Source: an uncultured virus (IMG/VR IMGVR_UViG_2911013136_000002) (taxonomy: Duplodnaviria; Heunggongvirae; Uroviricota; Caudoviricetes). From it: 64,000 nucleotides of DNA. The translations under genes and the position numbers were made by a program. How positions within the stretch are numbered: the stretch's first letter is position 1; every line of letters begins with the position of its first letter. Positions 47,670 through 58,237 of the stretch are shown here, piece after piece. Location: IMG/VR virus record IMGVR_UViG_2911013136_000002; one strand, 5' to 3'. Under the pieces are notes generated by a model. It did not search any database, was not told where the DNA came from, and saw nothing but the letters and a program-made list of their open reading frames with translations.

Positions 47670-48705
47670 TGACACCACCTAATTTAACAATTCTTTCGAA
47701 CTGTTGTTCTGTAAGCCTCATTATACCCCAATAAGCTTTTCTGTCAAGTCCACATAGTTCAATTAAATCTTTGCGAATTAGTCTTTTACTCAATGCCAAA
47801 TTGTAAGTCATTTTTAACACATATAGCTTTTTCTCATTGAAAAAGCTTGTTAACTCATTTTGATTAAAAACACTGTATTTCGAACAGTACTCTAAGAAAT
47901 CATCTAAAGAATCAAAATCATTTTTAGTTTTTAATTCTTTTAAAACGCATATTGAAGTCGCTACTGATCTATATTCTGCACGTTTTGGTATATCTGTGGT
48001 TCTATAGATGACAATTGGATCACCTGGTTTGATATCTAATACACCATCCATCAAACAAATATAGACTTTCTCTATACTATTGGTATGTGAAATATCTTTT
48101 ATCAAATCATAGCCGGATTCATTATGTAAAATCGAATCAGGGAAGAGCCTTGTATGATACTTAGGATAGATACTAAGTAAATAAGGAGTGGTATTACCAA
48201 TCGATACTAATGGATAATCTTTTAAAATATCGCCGGTGAACTTGTTTAAATCTTTTAACATTACTGACTCTGTGCCGTTACTAGTTGTTTTCCAACCAAC
48301 ATGTTCAAAACCGTACTTCTTTAGCAATTCTATAAGAGATTTGTGTTTTTCAAAAACAGTTACATATAATTCTTTTATATCATTAACAACAGCGTGATCT
48401 AGAGCTTTTTTAATAAATCGTTCTCCTAATCTTGTTCCATGTGGATTGATTTTTAGAGTGCCAATTTTAATACGTTTGTTTTTTGGAAGTGGGGGAGTAA
48501 TGTCTGTTAAAGCTTCATCCTCTATTTTTAAGTATAGAAACGCTTGAATCCCATTTTCGTCTTCATAGTAATAAGCTTTGTCATTGGCTTTTTTTCTGAA
48601 CCATTCTTCAAATTCTTTATAATCTTCTTTAAGTGAGTCGAAGAATGGATCAGATAGATTAATGTTTTTGAAAAAATCATATTTAAAGAAATCGCTTTTA
48701 CCCAT
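47629..48705 (-). CDS. GNAT acetyltransferase fused to an ASCH/PUA-like domain
   Basis: KIGTLKINPHGTRLGERFI...LLKKYGF; C-terminal LLSIYPKYH...PGDPIVIYRT. Confidence 0.75.
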   Translation of the reverse strand: MGKSDFFKYDFFKNINLSDPFFDSLKEDYKEFEEWFRKKANDKAYYYEDENGIQAFLYLKIEDEALTDITPPLPKNKRIKIGTLKINPHGTRLGERFIKKALDHAVVNDIKELYVTVFEKHKSLIELLKKYGFEHVGWKTTSNGTESVMLKDLNKFTGDILKDYPLVSIGNTTPYLLSIYPKYHTRLFPDSILHNESGYDLIKDISHTNSIEKVYICLMDGVLDIKPGDPIVIYRTTDIPKRAEYRSVATSICVLKELKTKNDFDSLDDFLEYCSKYSVFNQNELTSFFNEKKLYVLKMTYNLALSKRLIRKDLIELCGLDRKAYWGIMRLTEQQFERIVKLGGVNESFIINQTRVRR

Positions 48706-48724
48706 GTAATTTATCCCCCTTCTA

Positions 48725-49267
48725 TTAATCTATTTTTTGAATACTAAACAAATTATCAAGATAATTATGTATTGATTCATCTGGATTATTTACATCATAA
48801 ACAAAATAAGGCACTGATAATTTCTGACTAACGAATTTGGAATAATTTAACTCTATATTTTGCATCTTTTGAAGCAGTAAGATGTCATATTTTACTTTAT
48901 CTCTCTGAATAAGACGAGAATAGATTCTTTCGGGATCATCTTTTAAAACAATAATGGCTTGTGGTGAAATATCTAAAAATGTATCAAATGGAATTTGAGT
49001 TACATCTTTTTCTGGTGTTAATAAGCAAAAATGTCCATCTAAGAAAAATGGCTTATCATTGAAAGTGATAGTGTTCAACGCATTAATTAGAATATTTTGA
49101 TTGGATTGAACATCTTCAACTTCTTTTTTATCGAATTGTTGTTTCTTGAATTCTGAAATTAAAGAACTACAAGAAAAATGTTCTGTATTGTATTTTTGTT
49201 TTAACTGATTACAAAAATAACTTTTGCCTACGCCGTGTATTCCACCGACAAAAATAATCTTTCGCAC
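48725..49267 (-). CDS. P-loop nucleotide (NMP) kinase-like protein
   Basis: IFVGGIHGVGKS, FLDGHF, IYSRLIQRD lid motif. Confidence 0.8.
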   Translation of the reverse strand: MRKIIFVGGIHGVGKSYFCNQLKQKYNTEHFSCSSLISEFKKQQFDKKEVEDVQSNQNILINALNTITFNDKPFFLDGHFCLLTPEKDVTQIPFDTFLDISPQAIIVLKDDPERIYSRLIQRDKVKYDILLLQKMQNIELNYSKFVSQKLSVPYFVYDVNNPDESIHNYLDNLFSIQKID

Positions 49268-49539
49268 AAAAATCTCCCCTTATTAAGAGTGTGCAAAGTT
49301 ATTTCATATTCTGTGATTTTATTCTTCGAGCGCTGCTGAGGTTTAAATAATTTGTTTTATTTCCCTTAAGCAGTATTCGATTGATCCTCAATACTATCCC
49401 TCCCATAAAATAATAAAGGCATCTAAAATAAACAAATGCGCCTGTTTATCTTAGATGCCTTATCCTAGATGCATTAATCTTTTTTATTTTTCTCTTTCAG
49501 AAGTAATGATTATTACTTTAATAAAGGTCCTCTTGACAT

Positions 49540-50898
49540 CTATCTTTCACATGCATAACCATCTTTGTCTCTATCCATCTTTGGCTGATAAGCTGGATGG
49601 CTCGATGGAACTCCGTTTGGATAAACTTTTCTCAGTTCTGTACAGTTTGCAAAATACTCATTTCCTCCACTAGATGCAGGTGTGCTGGTATTGTTTGTAT
49701 TACTGTTCGAATCGCTATTTGAACTGCGACTTGAGCTACTATGATTTGAGCTACTATTTGAACTGCTGCTTTTAGCTGATGATGACGATGATGAAGCAGT
49801 GCTGCTGTTAGATTGTTTTGGATCTAAATCGCCCTTTGTGGTTCCATATTCACCGTATGCCCACAATCCTTTATTTGCCTCGCGTGCTTCACGAGCGAAC
49901 TTTCTGAAGTAATCAGCATATTTTACATCAGGCGGGTACGTAGATGGTTCTGCGTATCCGTTTAAGACAAGATCGGCATTAAACATTTTAGAGCGAATTT
50001 CTTTTTCACTCATATCATCATTCGGAACTTGCAGCCAAACGATTCTCAATAACCGGCCATATCTGTCGGTTTCAGAAACATCTTTTTGCAGCCAAACTGT
50101 TTTTCCAGCTAGTTTCGAAGATGTATAGTTACTTGCTTCTTTTCCATATTGTTCATGTCTAGTTGTTGATTCTGGCGTATTCACACCGATGAGACGAACC
50201 TTTCTTCCGTCGGTAAGTTCGAAAGTGTCACCATCGACGATTCTCGCAACAGTTACAGCTTCTAAACGAAATTTTTTCGCAAGGTTTTCTTGTTGTTTCT
50301 TAGCAGCTTCTTGCTTTTCTTGTTCTTCTTTTTGCGCTTTTTGTTTTTCTTCATCATTATTTACAGATGCAGTAGCTGCCGGTACAACTTTGCTATCATT
50401 GTTTTTATTTTCTTCACTAGCTTCTTTACTGGTTTCTTGTTTACTAACGGTTTTTTCAGATTTTGCTGTTTCTATTTGAGGTTGAGGCGAGATCAATAAA
50501 AAGATAATAGATAATACCAACGAAGCAGCTGTAATACCGGAGAATCTTTTCCACATTACATTTTTCCGGATAAGCATAACTATTGTCGTAATTAAGAAGT
50601 ATACGAATGAACAAAGTAATAAACTGGCTAGAGTATAGAGTGGTTCCTTAAAAGAGAACCAAAACAGTGCAAGGAAAAATCCATTCACTATAGCAAAAAC
50701 AGGCCAATACAGTGTAAGGTTGTATTTTGTTCTTGCAAATGAAAAATAAAATCCAGCAATAACAGCAACAAGTCCTAATACTCCTAGGATGTTCAGAACA
50801 GTCCATTTCAAGATTTGATAAATGACAGAAATAATAATAATCAACAACAGTAATGAACCAATCGTACCTTTACTCTTATTCCTTGCCAATTTCTTCAC
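49540..50898 (-). CDS. Membrane-anchored thermonuclease (SNase) with Excalibur domain
   Basis: About 5 TM segments; IVDGDT, VRLIGVNTPE, DRYGRLL; C-terminal NCTELR...DRDKDGYACE. Confidence 0.92.
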   Translation of the reverse strand: MKKLARNKSKGTIGSLLLLIIIISVIYQILKWTVLNILGVLGLVAVIAGFYFSFARTKYNLTLYWPVFAIVNGFFLALFWFSFKEPLYTLASLLLCSFVYFLITTIVMLIRKNVMWKRFSGITAASLVLSIIFLLISPQPQIETAKSEKTVSKQETSKEASEENKNNDSKVVPAATASVNNDEEKQKAQKEEQEKQEAAKKQQENLAKKFRLEAVTVARIVDGDTFELTDGRKVRLIGVNTPESTTRHEQYGKEASNYTSSKLAGKTVWLQKDVSETDRYGRLLRIVWLQVPNDDMSEKEIRSKMFNADLVLNGYAEPSTYPPDVKYADYFRKFAREAREANKGLWAYGEYGTTKGDLDPKQSNSSTASSSSSSAKSSSSNSSSNHSSSSRSSNSDSNSNTNNTSTPASSGGNEYFANCTELRKVYPNGVPSSHPAYQPKMDRDKDGYACER

Positions 50899-51128
50899 CT
50901 TCTTCCGAGTATTATATATCTAGTAAAATCTAACTACAAAAATAGTAAAAAAATTTATTATAATATTCAAGATAAATTTACGTTTTGTTTAAATAAAAAG
51001 ATAAAAAGACACCGAAGACTTAATATTTAGCCCTCGGTGTTTTCATCAACAATTGCTGCATTAATTTAGTTTTTGTTTTCTGGTCATATCCCATTTTTTC
51101 TATAAAAAATAAAGACACCAGAACTAAA

Positions 51129-51572
51129 TCAATCTTCGGTGTCTTCACTTGCTGCTTTATTCTTTTCTTTTGCCTTATGAACAACCCACTCGAAGTGTTT
51201 TATGATCTCCTCAATCTCTTCCTCCGATAGGCTTTTCCACTTCTCGATATCGAAGAAGCCCATTTGTTCAATGCCGTATTTTTTGATGAGCTGATTAATT
51301 TTTGCAAGCGTATTTAATTCCTCTGGAATATCATCCGTTTCTGGCGGATTTGGATTATCCGTGCGACCGAGGAGGTAGTCAGCACTAACTTCGAATAAAT
51401 CGGCTAATTTATTTACCGTGTCTAATTGAGGTTGTTTAGTGCCCCGTTCATACGCTGTATATGTTGTTCGTGCTACCCCAACAAGGTCGGCGACATATTC
51501 TTGAGTCCACTTTGGGTTTTCTTGTTTTTTCTTCTCGCGTAAATGTTTTAACCTTTCTCCAAAGGTTTTCAT
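51129..51572 (-). CDS. ImmR-like XRE repressor
   Basis: FGERLKHLR...TQEYVADLVGV...YERG...DYLLGRT. Confidence 0.9.
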   Translation of the reverse strand: MKTFGERLKHLREKKKQENPKWTQEYVADLVGVARTTYTAYERGTKQPQLDTVNKLADLFEVSADYLLGRTDNPNPPETDDIPEELNTLAKINQLIKKYGIEQMGFFDIEKWKSLSEEEIEEIIKHFEWVVHKAKEKNKAASEDTED

Positions 51573-51613
51573 ACTATCACCACAATCTACCTAATTATAC
51601 TAATTATTATAAA

Positions 51614-51726
51614 GTTACCTACAGAAACTTTAAAGCGGAATTAAAAAATGTTCCTAAAAGGATAAAAAAGTGTTGACGTGTTACTATAAGGGACATATAA
51701 TAAAAACAAAAGTTACTAAAAGGAAC
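51614..51726. promoter_or_regulatory. Prophage 2 operators GTTMC-N5-GGAAC and rightward promoter
   Basis: Copies at 51614, 51650, 51680, 51712 and 51936; TTGACG-N17-TATAAT at 51673-51701. Confidence 0.7.
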
Positions 51727-51744
51727 AAAAGGTGGTGAAATTAA

Positions 51745-51973
51745 TTGAGAATATGGCTTAAAGATTTACGTGAAAGAAAAGGGATGACTTCAAAGTCAAG
51801 TTGCTGAAAACTGTGAAATCTCAAGAAGTTATTACACTCATATTGAAAATGGGACAAAAACACCAACTGTTAAGGTTGCTAAGAAGATTGCTTCAGTTCT
51901 CGATTTTAGCTGGACAATTTTTTTTAAAGATGAATGTTCCTTTAAGGAACGTGATGGAACAGCATCAGCCTAA
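51745..51973 (+). pseudogene. Frameshifted cro-like HTH gene
   Basis: MRIWLKDLRERKGMT, an extra T near 51790, then QSQVAENCEISRSYYTHIENGTKTP. Confidence 0.8.
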
Positions 51974-52012
51974 GGAGGCTAACAGAGATATTTGTTAGGC
52001 AGGTGAAACACC

Positions 52013-52282
52013 ATGTTGACCGTACAATTGGATGAGAAGCAGATAGAAAAACTGTTCCTAGACGAACTCAAAAAACGGCTCGATCAGTTAGAACATCGCC
52101 ACACATTTTGGGATATGAAAGAGCTCTGTCGCCAAACATGCATGAGCGAGAACAACATAAAGGAAAAATTCTTTTATGATCCGCGTTTCCCAAAGTACAA
52201 AATCGGCGGTAAATGGTATTTCCCAGCAAAAGAATGTGAGGAGTTTTTAATTGCATGGATTAAAGAGCAACCGACTGCTTAA
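52013..52282 (+). CDS. Excisionase-like HTH protein
   Basis: FWDMKELCRQT...FPKYKIGGKWYF. Confidence 0.7.
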   Translation: MLTVQLDEKQIEKLFLDELKKRLDQLEHRHTFWDMKELCRQTCMSENNIKEKFFYDPRFPKYKIGGKWYFPAKECEEFLIAWIKEQPTA

Positions 52283-52349
52283 GTAAGCTTCTCTATCCAT
52301 AGCATATCATGCAAATTTGTAAAGATTGGTAGAAAGGAGACAAGTGAAG

Positions 52350-52871
52350 ATGAAATGTGGTAGAGCCGCCGACGCGGTCAAAGCCGCACGGAAAGCGGCG
52401 AAAATGACTCAGCAGCAGCTATCCTTTGAAATCTATGAATCTCGCGAATCTGTGTCGCATCAAGAAAACGGCCGATACAGGGTGCAGCCGAATATCTCGA
52501 AATACTTTGCAGAAAAGCATAACAATCCGTGGGTTGCACTCGAGGCAGCGGCAGAATACACCGGATGGGGACCTGTGAAACTGGATGGAGAAATGGTCGA
52601 TCTCCATCGGGCGAGTGTAGCGATGAAAACGCGTGAAGAACTCACCGAAGCACTTGAAGCGATCGAAAGCGTTTGTGTCGCCAATCATCCTCGATCCATA
52701 CGAGAGTTTGACAAACAGCGTCTCGAGGAAGCTGTCTTACAGGCAATCGATGCCATTGTCGCACTCACTCAATACGTTGCTGTCATTTGCATCGAATACG
52801 GCTTTTCTTGGTTCAAGATGTGGCAAAAGCATCGTGCGAAACTTCAAGCGAAAGGATTCATCCGAAAATGA
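52350..52871 (+). CDS. XRE HTH phage protein
   Basis: ARKAAKMTQQQL...SHQENGR. Confidence 0.78.
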   Translation: MKCGRAADAVKAARKAAKMTQQQLSFEIYESRESVSHQENGRYRVQPNISKYFAEKHNNPWVALEAAAEYTGWGPVKLDGEMVDLHRASVAMKTREELTEALEAIESVCVANHPRSIREFDKQRLEEAVLQAIDAIVALTQYVAVICIEYGFSWFKMWQKHRAKLQAKGFIRK

Positions 52872-52888
52872 AGAAAGGGGAAAGCAAA

Positions 52889-53228
52889 ATGATGAAACTG
52901 CCAAATTTAGCGGAGATGACGGATATTGAAGCGATTCATTAGTACACCAGCGAGTTTTTGCGACTCTCGTGTGAAAGGCAGCTGAATAGTGAATACGGCA
53001 AAGCGCTTTTAGAGTGGAAAAAACAATTAAATGCACGCCTGGAGAAGTCGAAAAAGGAGTGGTGGTAATGTACGCAGTACTTTCGGCAAGCCGTCTATGA
53101 AAGCATCGGAAATTCGGAAAATCTGTGCGGAACTACGAAGCAATCCAACACTGTTGACGGCGTTAGAGTTAGCAGCGAAAGAAAAACTTTATCAGCAATT
53201 CGTACTAAAAGAAAAAGCAGTAAGCTGA
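52889..53228 (+). pseudogene. Two damaged small genes: 52889-53068 (internal TAG) and 53068-53228 (1-bp deletion)
   Basis: IEAIH*YTSEF; ASRL/MKASE out of frame relative to homologue 3931-4131. Confidence 0.6.
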
Positions 53229-53301
53229 TCGCTCACTGCCATTGTTAAAACCAGCCCGAAATTTAAGTTCATTGTATCATCATTTGCAGAACAAGGCAAG
53301 T

Positions 53302-53398
53302 TCGGCAAGCTAATGCTTGTCGACGGCAGTGCAAGCCGGCGGGTGTGTCCCCAGCCTGCCAGCATGCTTGCACTCCGGTCGATGTGCATTAGCACATT
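53302..53398 (+). ncRNA. Putative structured RNA, homologue of 4165-4262
   Basis: gctaatgc/gcattagc and agtgcaagc/gcttgcact stems. Confidence 0.6.
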
Positions 53399-53510
53399 TG
53401 ATCCAGATTCGAAAGGAGGAATCAAACATAGCGAGACAACACATTTCTGTACATGTAGACATGTAGGAACTAGACTATGCATCCGCAATATAGTGAGAGG
53501 ATGGTAACAA

Positions 53511-53858
53511 GTGACCAGGGAGGAGAAAAAACAGATTCGCTTGCAAATTACTAAGCTGCTGGATACGCATTGTTCTTCATGCAGAGAGCGTAATGAAAGC
53601 AGAAACAGCTTATGTCTAACGACTTGTCCCATCGGCAAGCAAATGCGTCAGTTGTCATCCATGCTAGAGCAGGACCATATTTCAGAAGGAACAAAGAGAA
53701 CAGGAAAATGGACCAACGAAGAAGAGCTTTACTTATGGCACCATCAACACATTTTGACGATTAATCAGCTGGCAGAAGAATTGAATCGAGATAAGAAATC
53801 TATCTACAACAAGCTTTGGCGGTTGAAAAAGAAAGGCGGTATCCAACACGTTAGCTAG
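53511..53858 (+). CDS. Zinc-finger + Myb-like HTH phage protein
   Basis: TREEKKQIRLQI, CSSC...CLTTCPIG, WTNEEE. Confidence 0.75.
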   Translation: MTREEKKQIRLQITKLLDTHCSSCRERNESRNSLCLTTCPIGKQMRQLSSMLEQDHISEGTKRTGKWTNEEELYLWHHQHILTINQLAEELNRDKKSIYNKLWRLKKKGGIQHVS

Positions 53859-54137
53859 AAAGGAGGTTAATATTGAAGCACCCATTACAATGTATGCTTC
53901 ATGAAAAAATATGCTATTTGAGGTGGAATTCGCAACAAAAGAAAATGGCCATTTCCAAACGATTCACACAGCACTTGTATATGCCTTGAGTGTTTCTGAG
54001 TGCCGTCAAATTGCCTTGGAAATAGCCGATCAGCTTGGAAACAGTGATATACAGTTTTTCATTTCGGAATTTATTAACTAACTTCGATAATGCCACAATA
54101 GATAGCGTTTTTCAAGGGAAGGGGGGTTCAAAATTAT

Positions 54138-55103
54138 ATGTCAACAAGACTTCTTTTAGATGAAAAGCCGTTGGTTATATTGCCTTCGTTGGCAGCGGAA
54201 ATCGGATTGAACGAAGCAATCATATTGCAGCAACTACATTACTGGCTACAGGAAAGTACTAACATACATGACGGCTACAAATGGGTCTATAACACATACG
54301 AAGAATGGCGAGAACAGTTTCCTTTTTGGTCCATCAGCACGATTCGCCGTATTATCACGAAGTTGGAAGAAAAGGGGCTTATTATTGTCGGTAATTTTAA
54401 TAAGTCCAAAATCGATAAAACAAAATGGTATCGCATTGATTATGAGAAGCTTACTCAGCTTGAACAGAGGACTGCTCAATATGACGCCTCGACTGTTCAA
54501 AATGAGCAGTCGACTGACGAAATCGACAGTCCATCTGTTCAAAATGAGCAGTCCATCTGCTCAAATTGGACAGACGATCTGCTCAATTTGAACAGACCAA
54601 TACCAGAGATTACTACAGAGAATACTACAGAGATAAATAAAGAAGTAGTAGTAGAAACATCCGCGCGCGAATCAATAAATCCATTTGTCTTTTTTGAACA
54701 AAATGGTTTTGGAGTGATTGGCAGTTACATAGGTGAGAAAATTGCAAACTGGATTGCCGACACATCGGAGGAATTGGTCTTAGAAGCTATGAAAATAGCA
54801 GTTGAAAATGGCGTGAAAACATGGAAATACGTCGAATCCATTTTGCGTGACTGGTCCGAAAAGGGATATCGAACAGTCGAACAAGTTCGCGCTGCGCAAA
54901 TGGCTTTCAAAGAACAGCAAGCAAAAAAACGAAATGGCTCTAACGGATCTAAAAAGCCAATGCGAACGGAAATGATTCCAGATTGGCTGAATACCGACTA
55001 TTCGCAATACGAAAACAACAAAGAGTCTGATGATCCAGAAGAGTTAGAGCGAAAGCGGCGTGAGTTGGAAGAACGACTGAAAAAATACCACGATAGCGAA
55101 TAG
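54138..55103 (+). CDS. Phage replication initiator (wHTH + DnaD domain)
   Basis: IGLNEAIILQQLHYW; WKYVESILRDWSEKG; iterons ctg(t/c)tcaa.. at about 54470-54598. Confidence 0.9.
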   Translation: MSTRLLLDEKPLVILPSLAAEIGLNEAIILQQLHYWLQESTNIHDGYKWVYNTYEEWREQFPFWSISTIRRIITKLEEKGLIIVGNFNKSKIDKTKWYRIDYEKLTQLEQRTAQYDASTVQNEQSTDEIDSPSVQNEQSICSNWTDDLLNLNRPIPEITTENTTEINKEVVVETSARESINPFVFFEQNGFGVIGSYIGEKIANWIADTSEELVLEAMKIAVENGVKTWKYVESILRDWSEKGYRTVEQVRAAQMAFKEQQAKKRNGSNGSKKPMRTEMIPDWLNTDYSQYENNKESDDPEELERKRRELEERLKKYHDSE

Positions 55104-55313
55104 GTGAACGATATGGGATACCCATTTTGGATTCGCCTGGAATACCGGAATGATGTCGGAACGATTATTGGCTTTACCGGCAACATCCGTTCCGAAACTG
55201 ATTTGCCTGATATCTTGGAGAGATACGGGATTACAAAATCGAACCTCGTCACGGTGTGCATAAACAGAAAAGCGTACCCTGCATCAAGGTTAGATCGATT
55301 CTTTTCCACCTAA
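55104..55313 (+). CDS. Hypothetical phage protein
   Basis: ORF in operon position after the initiator. Confidence 0.55.
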   Translation: MNDMGYPFWIRLEYRNDVGTIIGFTGNIRSETDLPDILERYGITKSNLVTVCINRKAYPASRLDRFFST

Positions 55314-55328
55314 TAAGCGGAAGGAGGA

Positions 55329-55529
55329 ATGACCTTGGGATTGCTGCTGAAGCATGTATTGATTCAGCGTCTGCGTCGGAAAGGTGTTTTTCTAGCAGCG
55401 GATGGAAGGGCATTTTCTAAACTGACGCTGGAAGAAATTCAGCGGGAATACGAACGTGTAGAAGGGGAGGGGCACGATGGATTGGTCCAAGGCGACGCTC
55501 AAGCAACTAGTGACCATTCTACGCTATGA
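55329..55529 (+). CDS. FbpA-like small protein
   Basis: LIQRLRRKGVF..DGR..SKLTLEEI; RBS ggagg. Confidence 0.55.
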   Translation: MTLGLLLKHVLIQRLRRKGVFLAADGRAFSKLTLEEIQREYERVEGEGHDGLVQGDAQATSDHSTL

Positions 55530-55813
55530 AGATTGCCCTGCTTGCTACAAGCAGCTGGCACGCAATGAAATCAAACGTCGATTGGAGGAGATTGCATGAG
55601 TCGTAAATCATTACACGGTCCAGTCACGATTAGTTATCTGACACTGGAGGAATTGGAAGCTTACCGAAAACGTCCTCGTCCAAAATATTACGACCATGAC
55701 AATCGCCGGTCGATTGATTGGCGCTGGCCGAAAAATCGAAAGCGGACGAAATAAAAAAGCCGGGATTTCTCCCGACCGCCCACCACAATTATACCATATG
55801 TGGAGGGGTTCCG

Positions 55814-56020
55814 GTGAAAAGAGCACAAGAGTTGCAGATTGATATAAATAACATGACCGTTTCGCATCCTGTTGTTCCAGGAAAGGTGCTTGTTCTTGTT
55901 ATCGATGGAGTTCAAGGGAAGGCGAAAGTAGCGGAAGCAGTAGAACATGGCTTTACGATCATTGAAACGGCAAAAGGGAAAACTGCCCGAATCAAATATG
56001 AGGAAAGCGAGTTGTTTTGA
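55814..56020 (+). CDS. XtrA/YqaO-like phage protein
   Basis: VLVIDGVQGKAK...HGFTIIETAKGK. Confidence 0.65.
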   Translation: MKRAQELQIDINNMTVSHPVVPGKVLVLVIDGVQGKAKVAEAVEHGFTIIETAKGKTARIKYEESELF

Positions 56021-56284
56021 GGTGAAAATTCTCGTTCACGTTTACGAATGTCAGAAATGTGATGTTTTATTCGCTGTTTCGCAAAGTTTTGAAGAACATC
56101 ACTTTCTGCAATGTCCTGTTTGCAAGACGGACAAAGCACTTTGCGAAGTGTCATCCGGAGAGTTACGCATACAAGCAAAAGCACAGCAGTTCGTGGTTCC
56201 AGAAGGGCAAACAGATATTTTTGAGTTTTTGGAGTAGTGAAGGAAACACAAGAGTAATTTTGTTGCCAAGAGGGGGGTGGAAAC

Positions 56285-56671
56285 GTGAAGCAACTTTCGA
56301 TTTTTGACTTTCTTGAAAACCAGGAGCATGAACAGCAAGAAGGTTTTTTCTATACAAAAGGGGCAATGTACGCAAAAGTCAGTAGGGACAAAGTGAAAGC
56401 GGTCCCTGTTGAACTTGGTGACGGTATTCTTTATCCTGGCGACTTCGTGAAACAACTAGGTGAAAAAGCCCGAACATCTTTTAGAATGCAGAAAGGCTAC
56501 TATCTTCGTTATTGTGGAAAGTACGATAGAGCTCTTTTTTTTAGCGTCAACGATTTTGTGAGCGACTATTATTATGCGTTTTACTATATCGACCAGAACA
56601 CATTGCTTATTTGCTCTGATGCGGGTGCTAAAGATATACACGTTGAGAGACTTGTGAAGGAAACAAAATAG
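56285..56671 (+). CDS. Hypothetical phage protein
   Basis: RBS; KQLSIFDF N-terminus. Confidence 0.6.
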   Translation: MKQLSIFDFLENQEHEQQEGFFYTKGAMYAKVSRDKVKAVPVELGDGILYPGDFVKQLGEKARTSFRMQKGYYLRYCGKYDRALFFSVNDFVSDYYYAFYYIDQNTLLICSDAGAKDIHVERLVKETK

Positions 56672-56717
56672 CAAGTGAGTTTCAAAAAAGCACTTCTTTC
56701 TATAAAGCAGCGCGTAA

Positions 56718-57077
56718 TTACCTAAATAAATTATTTAAAGCTGGAATTAATTTGTTAAAGTAAGGCTTGATTATGAAATCCTTAGCGCCTATTTGCAGAG
56801 CATCAATAATAAAGCTTTTTTGTCCCATCGATGAACAAATTACTACTTTTGCTTTTGGATCAAATTTTAAAATATTTTTTAAAGCATCTAATCCGTTCAT
56901 AATAGGCATCGTTAAGTCAAGTATAACAATGTCAGGTGTTTTTTCTTTGTAAAGAGATACAGCACTACTACCATCAGATGCCTCAGCGACAACTTGGTAA
57001 TCATTATCGGTTAGGAGATTCTTTAATAAATTTCTCATAGACATTGAATTGTCAGCAATTAATGCAGTTTTAAGCAT
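56718..57077 (-). CDS. Single-domain CheY-like response regulator (moron)
   Basis: LIADNS, PDIVILDLTMPIMNG, CSSMGQ, GAKDFIIKP. Confidence 0.9.
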   Translation of the reverse strand: MLKTALIADNSMSMRNLLKNLLTDNDYQVVAEASDGSSAVSLYKEKTPDIVILDLTMPIMNGLDALKNILKFDPKAKVVICSSMGQKSFIIDALQIGAKDFIIKPYFNKLIPALNNLFR

Positions 57078-57501
57078 TTAAATCACCTTTCGCTAAACAT
57101 GCTGTGACAATAGCTAAAAATGCATAAATGATTGGGATAAGGAGAAAAAAGGAGCATTCCTTCTGCATAGGCTTTAGGATCATTCGAACAATGTTTAATT
57201 AGTTCCGAAATCGTTTCAAACTTAGTCACATCATTTATCTCGTAAAAAACTTAGAAAAATGAATAATAACAAGGTGATTAAAAAAGGCCTTAATTCAATA
57301 AAATAGTGGAGTGCATCACTCATCGATGATATCTCCTTGTGATATATAAACATTTTTATGTATATATTTACATTATTTGTATCGACATTATTTTGTATAA
57401 TTTGAGTTTTTTTGTTTAATATTTAAAAAATATTTACAAAAACTTTATCGATTAGTGTAAATAAAAGTCGAAAAATGTAAATTCAGAGGTGAAGGATTCT
57501 T

Positions 57502-58237
57502 ATGAATCAGCTACAACAAATATTTACTTATAGCGGTAACCAGGTGCGTACGATTATAAAAGATGGGGAAGTTTGGTTTGTTGCTAAGGATGTTTGCGAA
57601 ATTCTTGATATTTCTGACGCGCGAAAAAGCAGTTCAGAGGCTTGATGAGGATGAGCGGAGTTTAATTCCGGTCACCGATTCGTTGGGAAGAAAACAAGAA
57701 ACATTCATTGTGAATGAGCCTGGTTTATACACGCTCATTTTAGGAAGTCGCAAATCAGAGGCTAAACAGTTTAAGCGCTGGATCACCCATGAAGTCATTC
57801 CAACGATTAGGAAGACAGGTGGCTATGTAGCAAACGAAGACATGTTTATTGAAACGTATCTCAAACATGCGGACGAGCAGACGAAGTTGTTATTTCGCAC
57901 AACACTAGAAACAGTAAGGAAACAAAACGAACAAATTGCGGCGATGAAGCCCAAGGCAGACTACTTTGATGCGCTTGTCGATCGGCGTTTGCTCACTAAT
58001 TTTCGGGATACGGCCAAGGAGTTAAAGATCAAACCAAAGGCTTTTATCGATTGGCTGTTGGCGAAAAAGTATATTTACCGCGATCAAAGAGGAAAATTAA
58101 AGCCTTATGCTCAATATGTTCCATCCTTGTTCGAGTTGAAGGAATGGGAACGAAATGGACGAGCCGATGTACAAACCCTTGTCACGCCAAAGGGAAGAGA
58201 AACGTTTAGAATATTGCTGCAAAAGACAGCAGTCTAA
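57502..58237 (+). pseudogene. Frameshifted BRO/ANT antirepressor
   Basis: MNQLQQIFTY...WFVAKDVCEIL in one frame, an extra A near 57625, remainder in the 57563 ORF frame. Confidence 0.85.
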
